DNA from: an uncultured Chloroflexia bacterium
GTDB taxonomy: Bacteria > Chloroflexota > Limnocylindria > Limnocylindrales > CSP1-4
Assembly (NCBI GenBank): GCA_963813535.1
Contig: CAWEZH010000003.1
Coordinates: 288,001 to 352,000, forward strand
DNA length: 64,000 nucleotides
Direction: 5' to 3'
The notes below the pieces were generated by a model that was given only the letters and a program-made list of their open reading frames with translations, made no database searches and was not told the DNA's origin. Shown here in pieces: positions 39,778-52,819 of this stretch (the first letter of the stretch is position 1; each line of letters starts with the position of its first letter). The position numbers were made by a program, and so were the translations under genes.

Positions 39778-41567
39778 GAGCCGATCGCCGCGGTCTCGGC
39801 CCCTGCCGACGTGCTCGGCGCGGCCGTCTCGGTCGAAAGGATCTCGACGATGCCGTTCGACCCGTCGACCCGGATCCGGTCGCCCGTCCTGATCCGCTTC
39901 GTCGCGATCGACGTGCCGATGACCGCGGGGATCCCGAACTCCCGCGACAGCACGGCCGGATGGGACGTCGTGCCGCCGGTGTCGGTGACCAGGCCGGCGA
40001 TCTTGGTGAACAGCACGACCCACGCCGGGTTCGTCATCTGGCAGACGAGGATGTCGCCGTCGCGGACCTGGTCGAACTCGTCCACGGTCATCACGACGCG
40101 GGCGACGCCCTCGATCGTTCCGGGCGAGCCCGCGATACCGGTGATCTGGCTCTCATCCTCCGACTGCTGGCGTTCGAACCGCTCCGGATAGCCCCAGTTG
40201 ACGAGGTACGGGAAGGCGAGTTGCGTCGGCGTCACCGTCCCGATCCAGTCGCGCGGCTGCACGTTCCGGGCGGCGTCGCGCTCGGCCCGGCGCGTCGCGA
40301 CGACCGACCGTGCATCGAGCGCCTCGGCGTCACCGATGAGCATCCGCAGCTCGTTGTAGCGCAGGAACAGGACGTCGTCGGGCGTGTCGAGCCGGCCCGC
40401 CTCGACCAGCTTTCGCCCGACGGCCAGCAGGACCAGGCGCATGTGGGCATTCGCGCCCTGGTCGATGTAGAAGTGGTGGTCGGGCGTCAGCGGCGCCATC
40501 CGGAGGTTGACCTCGTTGGCGGTCCGCATCTCGTCAAGGGCATCGCCCTGCAGTCCGGCGAGGATCTCCGCGGACGCGGCCTCGATGTCGCGGCGCATGG
40601 CGTCGATGGCGGTCGGGAAGTCGTAGTCGCTCACGAGGTAGCCGCGGATGAGCTCGAGGACCGGGCCCATCTCCTCGCGCACGGTCGGGAAGATGAACTC
40701 GTGGCTCCAGACGGCGTGCCAGCCGAACTCGCGCTGGTAGGGATCGATCCGCTCGGCGATGAACCGGCGTCCCCGGTCGCTCGCCTGCAGCGCCCCCGCG
40801 ATCGCCTTGGTGTCCTCGGGCTCGAAGGCGGCTCGGAGCTCGGCGTCGTCGCGGACCTCGTTCTTCATCCTCCACAGCGACTCGATGGAGTCCCAGTTGC
40901 GGTCCGACGCCGAGTTCTGGAGCCGGCCGAGGAGCTCTTCATCGATCGATCCGCGGGTCTTCTCCATCACCGCCCGGAGATTCAGCGTCGCCGACAGCTG
41001 GGCGAAGTTGAGCATCCAGTGGATCTTCCAGTGCCGGTCGTGGACGTCGATGGCGTCCTCGAGCAGGGTCGCCGTCTCGGCGAGCGACATGGCGCCGGCG
41101 GCGTCGAGCTGCTCCTCGAGGTAGGCGAAGTTGCGCTGCATCTCAGGCACCAGCCGGTCATGCCACCAATCGGCGAAGTGCTCGCCGTAGACCGGCAGGA
41201 CGGTATCGAGGTAGGCGCCCATCCCCGCCGCGAACGACGCGTCGCGCGGTACACGCGCCTGGTAGCGCGAGCTGTATTCGGTGCCCTCGATGTGGATGTC
41301 GGGGTCGGCCGGGATGGCGGTCGTGTAGACGTAACCGTTGACGTTCTTGGCCAGCCAGTCGACCGCGAACGGTGTCCCGAACCGGCGGAACATGTGGTCG
41401 CAGCTGAGCCACCAGCCGCCGATGTCGAAGAACATCGGGCTGACCGGGTGCGGGATGTGCAGGTCGTCGTAGACCCAGAAGAAGTCCTTCTCGACCTCCG
41501 AGTCCCACGTGACCGGGAACGACTCGTCACCCAGGAACTGGCCGAGCACCTCCTCGGTCACTGCCAC
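39774..41567 (-). CDS. PEP-utilizing-enzyme family phosphotransferase subunit (substrate-binding domain plus C-terminal His swivel domain, no ATP-grasp)
   Basis: C-terminal GIAGSPG..EG.ARV, GDILVC.MTNPAW, TDTGGTTSHPAVLSREFGIPAV; long helical N-terminal region of RPH/PpsA type. Confidence 0.85.
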   Translation of the reverse strand: MAVTEEVLGQFLGDESFPVTWDSEVEKDFFWVYDDLHIPHPVSPMFFDIGGWWLSCDHMFRRFGTPFAVDWLAKNVNGYVYTTAIPADPDIHIEGTEYSSRYQARVPRDASFAAGMGAYLDTVLPVYGEHFADWWHDRLVPEMQRNFAYLEEQLDAAGAMSLAETATLLEDAIDVHDRHWKIHWMLNFAQLSATLNLRAVMEKTRGSIDEELLGRLQNSASDRNWDSIESLWRMKNEVRDDAELRAAFEPEDTKAIAGALQASDRGRRFIAERIDPYQREFGWHAVWSHEFIFPTVREEMGPVLELIRGYLVSDYDFPTAIDAMRRDIEAASAEILAGLQGDALDEMRTANEVNLRMAPLTPDHHFYIDQGANAHMRLVLLAVGRKLVEAGRLDTPDDVLFLRYNELRMLIGDAEALDARSVVATRRAERDAARNVQPRDWIGTVTPTQLAFPYLVNWGYPERFERQQSEDESQITGIAGSPGTIEGVARVVMTVDEFDQVRDGDILVCQMTNPAWVVLFTKIAGLVTDTGGTTSHPAVLSREFGIPAVIGTSIATKRIRTGDRIRVDGSNGIVEILSTETAAPSTSAGAETAAIGS

Positions 41568-41596
41568 GCGCTCCTCCTCCGATCGGGTGGCTGGAT

Positions 41597-42304
41597 CTAG
41601 GCCCGCGCTTCGGTCGGCTTGATGTCCTCGGGTGCCTTGCCGGTTCGCTCGGCGAGCGCCTTGCGCGCCTTGTCCCAGTCGGAGCGGAACTGCGTGATGC
41701 CCTTGTCTGTCAGCGGGTGATGGACCAACTGCTGGAGGATCTTGAACGGCACCGTGGCGACGTGCGCCCCGGCGAGGGCGGCCTGGGTCATGTGCACCGG
41801 GTTGCGGATCGAAGCCGCCAGGACCTCGGTGTCGAGCTCGTGGATGGCCACGATCTCGGCCAACTCGCGGACGACGATCATCCCGTCCTGGTTGATGTCA
41901 TCGAGCCGGCCGACGAATGGGGACAGGAGCGACGCTCCGGCCTTCGCCGCGAGGAGCCCCTGGTTCGCGGTGAAGATCAGCGTGCAGTTCGTCTTGATCC
42001 CTTCCTCGGCGAAGCGGCTCATCGCCTCGAGCCCTTCCTCGCTCATCGGGACCTTCACCACGATGTTCGGGGCGAGCTTGGCGAATGCACGACCCTCCTC
42101 GAGCATCCCGTCCACGTGTTCGGCAACCACCTCGGCCGACACCGGGCCGCTCGTGATCGTGCAGATCTCCTTCAGCACCTCCTCGTAGGAGCGGCCGCTG
42201 GTCTTGGAGAAGAGCGTCGGGTTGGTCGTGACCCCGTCGAGGACGCCCCACCGCGCGACGGTGCGGATCTCTTCGATGTCGGCGGTGTCGAGGAAGATCT
42301 TCAT
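41597..42304 (-). CDS. tal: Small-type transaldolase (TalC/FSA family, transaldolase-type residues)
   Basis: FLDTAD, GVTTNPT, SAEV (Glu), VVKVP, NCTL, SPFVGR (Phe), AASIR, HPLTDKG. Confidence 0.9.
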   Translation of the reverse strand: MKIFLDTADIEEIRTVARWGVLDGVTTNPTLFSKTSGRSYEEVLKEICTITSGPVSAEVVAEHVDGMLEEGRAFAKLAPNIVVKVPMSEEGLEAMSRFAEEGIKTNCTLIFTANQGLLAAKAGASLLSPFVGRLDDINQDGMIVVRELAEIVAIHELDTEVLAASIRNPVHMTQAALAGAHVATVPFKILQQLVHHPLTDKGITQFRSDWDKARKALAERTGKAPEDIKPTEARA

Positions 42305-42402
42305 GGCGGGCGGCTCCGGCTATGGGCGAGGGAACCGGATTCTACGCGCGTAGCCGGTCGACGGGCCGTATCGGCGATGTATGCATGCGACACGTCTGTA
42401 TG

Positions 42403-42434
42403 CAGAAGGGCCGCCCAGCTGGGCGGCCCTTCTG
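42403..42434. terminator. GC-rich hairpin, probable terminator downstream of the subtilase
   Basis: Perfect 32-bp palindrome CAGAAGGGCCGCCCAGCTGGGCGGCCCTTCTG just past the peptidase stop. Confidence 0.7.
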
Positions 42435-42456
42435 AGTGTTCGCGATGCGAACCCGG

Positions 42457-43746
42457 TTACTTGGAGGCCGCCCGCAGGGCGTTGACCATCCCCGCACCGA
42501 AGTACGTGGTGTTGCCCGGACCGCCGGAGCAGCGTGCCAGGTTCGGGTCAGCCGGGCTCGGGCAGGCCATCGGCGTCGCCGACGACTTGACGTTCGCCGT
42601 CACCGATCCCGGCATCCGGCCAGGATGGTTCTCCCGGATCAGCGCCGCGACGCCAGCCGCGTGGGGCGAGGCCATCGAGGTGCCGCTGATCCAGACCCAC
42701 CGGTTGCCGTCGGCGTCCTCTACGGCTCGGCCGGCGGCAACGAATGCTTCCCATTGGCCCGACTTATCCGTGCGCGACCAGCCGGCAAGGATCCGGCCGA
42801 AGGTCGTGCCCGGCGTTTGGGCCGCATCGCCACCAGGTGCGGTGACGTCGATCGGATTCCCGACGTTGGAATAGCTCGCCAGCGTCGTGACACCAGACGC
42901 GGACACCGTCAGGACACCCGGCAACTCCGCCGGTGCGACGCGGCAGTTGTTGCGGATCCGCCGGGTCTCGGCGGTGTCCGGCGGCCAGTCGGGGCTGATC
43001 TCATCGGTCACGGGGTGACCGAGGTCGTCGGCCTCGTTGCCGGCTGCAGCGACGATCACGACGCCGCGTTGCTGCGCGTACTTGGCTGCGTCCTTCATCT
43101 GCTTGTACATCGCCCGCTGGCCGGCGTCGTTGCTGCAGTAGTACAGGTACGGATCGGCGAACAGACTCAGGTTGACGACGTCGATCTGGTGGTCACCGGC
43201 GTAGCGCAGCGCGGCCGCCACCGAGTCGATGAAGCAGAAGCCCGCGACGGTGCAGGCCTTAAGGCCGACGATCGTCGCGTCGGGTGCGACCCCGACGATA
43301 CCGCGGCTGTTGAGCGCGCCGGCGATCGTCGTCGCCACATGGGTGCCGTGGCCCTGCAGATCCTGCACCGCAGCCTTGTTGGAGCAATCGCCGTTGGCGA
43401 TCTCCGCCGGGTCGGCCGTAGGCGTGTCGGTGTTGATGAACGAGCACGACAGGGCGGTGTCGATGTTCGCGAGGTCGACGTGGGTGAAGTCGATGCCGCC
43501 GTCGATCACGCCAACGGTCACGCCATCACCCGTTGCCTTCGCCCGGGACGCGCTGTTGGCCTCGATCGCGCGCATGCCCCACTGGCAGGCGGACAGGGGC
43601 TCTGGACCAGCCGCCACGCCGAAGAACGTGGCACAGACAGCGCTCGCTCCGGGTGGGTCGTACGCAACTGTTTGGCTCGCAAGGGCCGACGGTGCGGCAC
43701 CGAGGAGCAGGATCGAGACGGCCAGGGTGGCCAGGAGCCTACGCAT
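42457..43746 (-). CDS. Secreted S8 family (subtilisin-like) serine peptidase
   Basis: Signal peptide MRRLLATL...ALA; triad VIDGGID, GHGTHVA, GTSMASP; AAAGN oxyanion motif; RBS TAGGAGG. Confidence 0.93.
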   Translation of the reverse strand: MRRLLATLAVSILLLGAAPSALASQTVAYDPPGASAVCATFFGVAAGPEPLSACQWGMRAIEANSASRAKATGDGVTVGVIDGGIDFTHVDLANIDTALSCSFINTDTPTADPAEIANGDCSNKAAVQDLQGHGTHVATTIAGALNSRGIVGVAPDATIVGLKACTVAGFCFIDSVAAALRYAGDHQIDVVNLSLFADPYLYYCSNDAGQRAMYKQMKDAAKYAQQRGVVIVAAAGNEADDLGHPVTDEISPDWPPDTAETRRIRNNCRVAPAELPGVLTVSASGVTTLASYSNVGNPIDVTAPGGDAAQTPGTTFGRILAGWSRTDKSGQWEAFVAAGRAVEDADGNRWVWISGTSMASPHAAGVAALIRENHPGRMPGSVTANVKSSATPMACPSPADPNLARCSGGPGNTTYFGAGMVNALRAASK

Positions 43747-44016
43747 GGGCATTCCTCCTACCAGGCGTGCGGCAATAAAGGCCGCTTTTGGGGACGGTGC
43801 ACCGGTGTGAGGTGACCGCAGCGGCCCGCCGTAGTGGGCCAATCTTGGCCTTGTCGTGACTGTCATGCCGGACGGCCCAGAGTTCGTCCCCTGCGTGATG
43901 GTGCGGTGCCGCACCACTTGGTCAGACGACGTCGACTATTTCAGGCTCTCGATGTCGCCGACGGTCCCGCCGACCAGATCCGGGGTCGCTTCGGGCCTGA
44001 CAACTACGATGCCCGC

Positions 44017-44955
44017 ATGCACGGTCGCAGCGAGTCCCACCTGGAATGCCGGCACCCCGTGATGCCACACGCGCATGGGACCGCTGCGTCGGCGAACCGT
44101 GGGCGGCTCGTCGCGGTCTTCGCCCTGACGCTGAGCGTCTTCCTCGTCGAGCTCGTCGCCGCGGCACTCTCGAACAGTCTTGCCCTCCTGGCCGATGCGG
44201 GGCACATGTTCACCGACGTCGGCGGGATCGGCCTGGCGTTGCTGGCGATCTGGTTCGCCGCCCGTCCCGCGAGCGTCGGCCGCACCTTCGGTTACCTGCG
44301 GCTCGAGATCCTCGTCGCCGTCATCAACGCGGTGCTCCTGTTCGGCGTCGCCGCGTTCATCCTGGTCGAAGCCTGGCGCCGACTGTCGGCCCCACCCGAG
44401 ATCGCCACCGGCCTGATGCTTGCCGTCGCCATCCTCGGGCTCGCCGCCAACGCGGTCTCCCTGTACCTGTTGCGCGATGCCCAGCGGGTTAGCCTCAACA
44501 TGCGCGGCGCCTATCTCGAGGTCATGGGCGACTTCGCGGGCTCGGTCGCGGTCATCGTGGCCGCGATCGTCATCGCCCTGACCGGCTGGACTCCCGCCGA
44601 CGCTGTCGCGTCTGCCCTGATCGGGTTCCTCATCATCCCGAGGACGTGGAGGCTGCTGCGCGACGCGGTCGACGTCCTGCTCGAGGCCGCCCCGAAGGGC
44701 ATCGACCTCGAGGAGGTCCGGACCCACATCCGCGACGTCCCTGGTGTCGCCGATGTCCATGACCTCCATGCCTGGACGATCACGTCGGGGGTGAACGTCC
44801 TGTCCGCCCATGTGGTCCTCGACGAGCGTGCCGACCCGCCGGCCGTCCTCGACGAGTTGTGCAGCTGTCTATCGGGTGACTTCGACATCGAACATTCGAC
44901 GTTCCAGCTCGAGACATCCGATCGGCGTCGGCTCGAGGAGGCGCGGCACGCGTGA
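44017..44955 (+). CDS. Cation diffusion facilitator (CzcD/ZitB-like Zn/Co/Cd exporter)
   Basis: LLADAGHMFTD, TFGYLRLE, NMRGAYLEVMGD, DVHDLHAW, HSTFQLE; His-rich N-terminus. Confidence 0.92.
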   Translation: MHGRSESHLECRHPVMPHAHGTAASANRGRLVAVFALTLSVFLVELVAAALSNSLALLADAGHMFTDVGGIGLALLAIWFAARPASVGRTFGYLRLEILVAVINAVLLFGVAAFILVEAWRRLSAPPEIATGLMLAVAILGLAANAVSLYLLRDAQRVSLNMRGAYLEVMGDFAGSVAVIVAAIVIALTGWTPADAVASALIGFLIIPRTWRLLRDAVDVLLEAAPKGIDLEEVRTHIRDVPGVADVHDLHAWTITSGVNVLSAHVVLDERADPPAVLDELCSCLSGDFDIEHSTFQLETSDRRRLEEARHA

Positions 44956-45087
44956 CGCCTCGGCCGGCTCGACGACCGTGGTACGCGACCGGCCGGGTGA
45001 CGCAAGTCACCACTTGACCGCACTGCAATGCACCGGACATGACCTAAATGCACGCGATGGCCTACCATCCGTCGTCCGCAGGGGGAG

Positions 45088-46400
45088 TTGCTGTCGCATG
45101 CCCAGACAGCGCGGGCAGGACCCGATTTGAAGCATCGAGCGTCGTCCGGCCACCAGGTCCTCATCGTCCGGGATCGACTACCGTCACCGGGGCTGACTGG
45201 GATCGGTCCGTACACGGCTGGCCTTGCTGAGCATCTGACCACTCGCGGTGATCACGTCACCGTGGTCACCGGCCTGCCCCACTACCCCGATTGGCGGATC
45301 GCCAAGGACGTGCCACGCGAGTTGATGCAATCGCAATCCATGAACGGCGTGACCGTCATCAGGGCCGCCCACTACGTGACCAAGCCGGCAAGATGCCGTT
45401 CGACGCGCGACCTACGAAGGAACATTCGGCCTGACGGCTCTACTTGCCGGGCTGCGTCTGCACCGTCCTGACGCCATCCTCGGAATCGTGCCAAGCCTGT
45501 CCGGTGGCGTGCTCGCCCGGGTACTGTCGGCCCGTTACGGGACGGCGCCCTTCGGGCTCCTGTTCCAGGACCTCATGGGCCCAGCTGCCGGTCAATCTGG
45601 GATCGCCGGCGGTGGCGCTGTCGCAAACGCGACGGCGCGCGCTGAGGCCTGGGCAGTCACGGGGGCTCGCGCTGTTGGCGTGGTTTCCATGGCATTCGAG
45701 CCTTATATCCGTCATCGATCAATGTGCCCGGGCGGATCGACTCCGAACATGTTCCCAATTGGACCACCGTGGCCGAACCTGCGATGGGAGTCGCCGGGAC
45801 GCGAACGCACTTCGGCTGGACGGATGAACAGCAGATCGTTCTCCACGCAGGCAACATCGGATACAAGCAGGGCCTCGAACAGGTAATCCGAGCCGCGCAC
45901 GTGGCTGCCGATCGAGACAAGGCCGTGCAATTCGTGTTCTCAGGCGGCGGGAATCAGGCGCTCGAGATGCAGCAAGCCGCTCGAGGGCTACCCAACGTGA
46001 GCTTCCTCGGGGTCCAACCTGACGGGATGCACGCCAGTCTGCTGGCCGCCGCTGATGTTCTCTTGCTTTCGGAGACGCAAGGCACAGATCGACATGAGCC
46101 TTCCAAGCAAGCTCACGGCCTACTTCGCCGCGCGCCGACCGATCGTCGCAGCGGTCCCCAAGAACGGAGCTTCGGCGCGCGAGGTGGAGCGGTCGGGAGC
46201 TGCCCTGCGGGTGGAGGCCGGCGATACCAATGGGCTCCTGGCTGCGTTGGCGCGGCTTCAGACCGATCAGCCGCTGCCCGAGCTCGGAACGGGCTGGCGG
46301 GGCGTACGCCGAGCGGAACGCGATGAGAAGATCAGCGGCGGCTTTGAACTAGTCATTCGAGAGGCCGTGACGTCGCGCGGTCGCTCGCGGCAAAGCGTGC
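45088..46400 (+). CDS. WcaI-like family 4 glycosyltransferase (multiple frameshifts; ends approximate)
   Basis: TGIGPYT, TGLPHYPDW, PSL, FQDL, PNW, HAGNIGYKQGLE, LPSKL fragments in successive frames. Confidence 0.75.
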
Positions 46401-46469
46401 GACTCATCGGGGCTGCTCTCGGACGCGATCCTGACTGGGTGACGCCAATCGGCAGGCGAGGGCGGCCGC

Positions 46470-47504
46470 ATGAAGAAGGCGCTCATCACCGGGATCACGG
46501 GGCAGGACGGGAGCTACCTGGCCGAGCTCCTCCTCGACAAGGGCTACGAGGTGCACGGCCTGATACGCCGCGCCAGCCAGTTCAACACGCAGCGGATCGA
46601 TCACCTTTATGTCGATCCACACGAAGCTGAGACGAAGCTGTTTCTTCACTACGCGGACCTGACGGACTCCTCGTCCCTAATCGGTCACCTGCATCGCGTG
46701 AAGCCCGACGAGGTGTACAACCTGGGCGCCCAGAGCCACGTAAAGGTGAGCTTCGAGATGCCTGAGTTCACCGCTGAAACGGCGGCGATGGGCGCACTGC
46801 GAATGCTCGAGGCGGTTCGGACGGCGGACTGGCCGATTCGCTTCTATCAGGCAGGCAGCTCAGAGATGTACGGCCAATCGCTGGAGTCTCCGCAACGGGA
46901 AACGACGCCCTTCAATCCTCGATCGCCGTACGCGATCGCCAAGGTCTTCGCGCACTTCATGACAGTGGACTACCGCGAGGCATACGGGCTGCACGCCAGC
47001 AACGGGATCCTCTTCAATCACGAGTCTCCGCGAAGAGGCGGGACGTTCGTGACGCGCAAGGTGACTCGCGCCGTTGCGGCGATCATCAAGGGAGAGCAGG
47101 AGCACCTATTCCTGGGCAACCTCGATGCCAAGCGCGATTGGGGGTACGCCCCCGAGTACGTCGAAGCCATGTGGCTGATGCTCCAGCAGCAGAACCCAGA
47201 CGATTACGTCGTCGCGACGGGAGAGATGCATTCCGTCCGCGAACTATGCGAGATCGCGTTCGGATTCGTCGGGCTCGATTGGGAGCGCTATGTCCGCCTC
47301 GATGAACGGTATCGCCGACCGACCGAGGTAGACACACTGTGTGGTGACGCTTCGAAGGCTCGTGAGCTGCTGGGCTGGAGGCCCACGGTCCTTTTCGCCG
47401 AACTCGTCCAAATCATGCTTGAGGCGGATTTGCTGGGGGCTGGGCTTGATCCTTCCCGCTTGATCAACAAGCCGATGCAAGGGCGTCAGCCGATTTCGAC
47501 ATGA
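46470..47504 (+). CDS. gmd: GDP-mannose 4,6-dehydratase
   Basis: [49 protein letters not shown]. Confidence 0.96.
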   Translation: MKKALITGITGQDGSYLAELLLDKGYEVHGLIRRASQFNTQRIDHLYVDPHEAETKLFLHYADLTDSSSLIGHLHRVKPDEVYNLGAQSHVKVSFEMPEFTAETAAMGALRMLEAVRTADWPIRFYQAGSSEMYGQSLESPQRETTPFNPRSPYAIAKVFAHFMTVDYREAYGLHASNGILFNHESPRRGGTFVTRKVTRAVAAIIKGEQEHLFLGNLDAKRDWGYAPEYVEAMWLMLQQQNPDDYVVATGEMHSVRELCEIAFGFVGLDWERYVRLDERYRRPTEVDTLCGDASKARELLGWRPTVLFAELVQIMLEADLLGAGLDPSRLINKPMQGRQPIST

Positions 47505-48718
47505 CACGACTGGCCTATGTCACGACCTACGACGCGTCCAGGATCAGCAGCTGGTCAGGGACCCCTTATCACATGACACGGGCTCTTCTGCGCGCGGGAG
47601 TCCAGCTGGACTACGTTGGCCCGCTTCACAAGCCGATCACACCACTCGTGCGAGGGCGGCAAGTTCTTGAGCGCATGCGTGGTCGTCGGTACCTGTTCGA
47701 CCGCAATCCCAGCGTCTTGCGGGGTTACGCCCGCGATGTGGCGAAACAGCTTGCGAACCTCGATGTCGATGCCGTTCTCAGCCCCGGTACGATTCCGATT
47801 GCGTACCTTGAGACGGAGCTTCCCACGGTCTTCTGGACGGACGCGACCTTCGCAGTGATGGTCGACTACTACCCCGGGTTCTCCGGCCTTTGCGACGCGA
47901 CTGTTCGCGAAGGCAACCAAATGGAAGGCTCGGCGATCACGCGCTCGAGCGCGGCCGTCTACTCGTCCTCGTGGGCAGCTGAGTCTGCTGTGGACGCGTA
48001 CGAAGCCGTCCCATCGAAGGTATCGGTCATTCCATTCGGTGCCAACTTGGCCGACGAGCCGGATGACGACCAAGTAGCGGAATGGATCGAGAGTCGACGT
48101 GGCGGTGAGTGTCGGCTGATATTCCTGGGAGTTGACTGGCGCCGAAAGGGCGGGGACAGAGCCCTCGATGTCGCGCTGGAATTGTCGAATTTGGGTATCC
48201 CGACGCGCCTAACGGTGGTGGGGCCCGCGGCGACCGCGATACCTGATTCAGAGCTTATCGACTATCACGGCCATATCGACAAGTCGACACCGCAGGGCGA
48301 AGCCGAGATTGTGCGACTGCTTGGCGAAAGCCATTTTCTATGCCTCCCGTCCTACGCCGACTGCACGCCGATCGTCCTGTGCGAGGCGAGCGCCTGCGGT
48401 GTTCCGTCGATCTCAATCCGGACCGGCGGCATAGGATCGGTGGTCACGGACGGCACAAATGGCTACCTGTTTGACGAACCATTCTCCGCAAAGGCTGCAG
48501 CGGAGTCCATTGCGACCTGCATGGCCGATTACGACGGCTCATACATTCCACTCGCCTTGACGTCTCGCACGGAGTACCGCGCCCGACTCAACTGGACGTC
48601 GTCGACAGATCCATTCTGGGATCATGGCGACCTTGGTGGCGTGAGCTGGCCGGGGCGTCGACTGCTCTGCCGGCTTTCCATGGCATCGAACGGCAGCAAG
48701 TCAGGAGAGCACGCCTGA
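47501..48718 (+). CDS. Family 4 glycosyltransferase (3' end probably frameshifted)
   Basis: [38 protein letters not shown]. Confidence 0.85.
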   Translation: MTRLAYVTTYDASRISSWSGTPYHMTRALLRAGVQLDYVGPLHKPITPLVRGRQVLERMRGRRYLFDRNPSVLRGYARDVAKQLANLDVDAVLSPGTIPIAYLETELPTVFWTDATFAVMVDYYPGFSGLCDATVREGNQMEGSAITRSSAAVYSSSWAAESAVDAYEAVPSKVSVIPFGANLADEPDDDQVAEWIESRRGGECRLIFLGVDWRRKGGDRALDVALELSNLGIPTRLTVVGPAATAIPDSELIDYHGHIDKSTPQGEAEIVRLLGESHFLCLPSYADCTPIVLCEASACGVPSISIRTGGIGSVVTDGTNGYLFDEPFSAKAAAESIATCMADYDGSYIPLALTSRTEYRARLNWTSSTDPFWDHGDLGGVSWPGRRLLCRLSMASNGSKSGEHA

Positions 48719-49452
48719 AACCCGCCTATTCGCGGCGGTTCTACGCCGCACACAATTCTGGTTCATTGGCCTCGGCTGAAGTCGTCGTTCCAATTCTTTT
48801 CATGTTTCCAGTGGAGTCGGCCGTGGATTTTGGCTGCGGAGCTGGCGCCTGGTAGACACGTTCAAGCGGTCGGGAGTGGAGGACGTCCTCGGACTCGATA
48901 GCGACGACCTGCCAATGGACATGCTCCAAATCCCAGCTGACCAATTCAAGGTTGCCGACTTTCGCTCCATCCCGGACATGGACCACCAATCGATATCGCT
49001 TGTTCTCTTGAGGTCGCTGAGCACCTGCCTAACAGCTCTGCCGAGCCTTGGTGCGCGCTTCGTCGACGCCGCTCCGGTTGTTCTGTTCTCAGCCGCAGTT
49101 CCGGGTCAAGGCGGCACCGGTCATGTGAATGAGCAATGGCAAAGCTACTGGGCGCATTTGTTTGCAACCCACGGCTACGTTGCGGTGGATTGCATACGCC
49201 CCGCGATCTGTCGATACGCGGGTCATGTGGTGGTACCGGCAGAACATGCTTGTGTTCTGCCGCCCAGATCGCGTCCCGGAGAGGCAGAGAGTCATTACCG
49301 ATCCATATGACCTAGAGCGCATGGACCCGGCATTCCTTGCTATCGCAGCCGAGACACCTCGAACGACGGCGGTTGTCAGATCGATGTTGGGGATGGTTCG
49401 GACCATAGTCAGGCGCCTAATGCGTAGCCTTCCCCGTGCGTCGCATGGGTAG
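48680..49452 (+). CDS. Class I SAM-dependent methyltransferase (fragmented)
   Basis: SAEVVVP, VDFGCGAGAW, FSAAVPGQGGTGHVNEQWQSYW, WWYRQN fragments across frames. Confidence 0.7.
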
Positions 49453-49518
49453 GGGACGCGGGCTACAACTAGGCATACGCAGTCCTGCCCGAAACGCGCC
49501 CCGTGGTCGACTCAGGGA

Positions 49519-52677
<3,159 letters not shown>

Positions 52678-52819
52678 GTCAGCGGTCTCATCGGCAATCC
52701 GCGCCCGAGTTGAGGGCCTACCTACCCGTGACACCAGATCAACAAACGGGACTCTGCAGTCTCCACAAGGACGGCCCGCCCTGTTGTCGGCTGCGGGCCG
52801 GCGCACATGCGCCCGATGA

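Noticed and set aside
39774-41567. Rifampin phosphotransferase resistance gene
   Set aside because: Lacks the N-terminal ATP-grasp domain and sits in a metabolic operon; no evidence for rifamycin specificity
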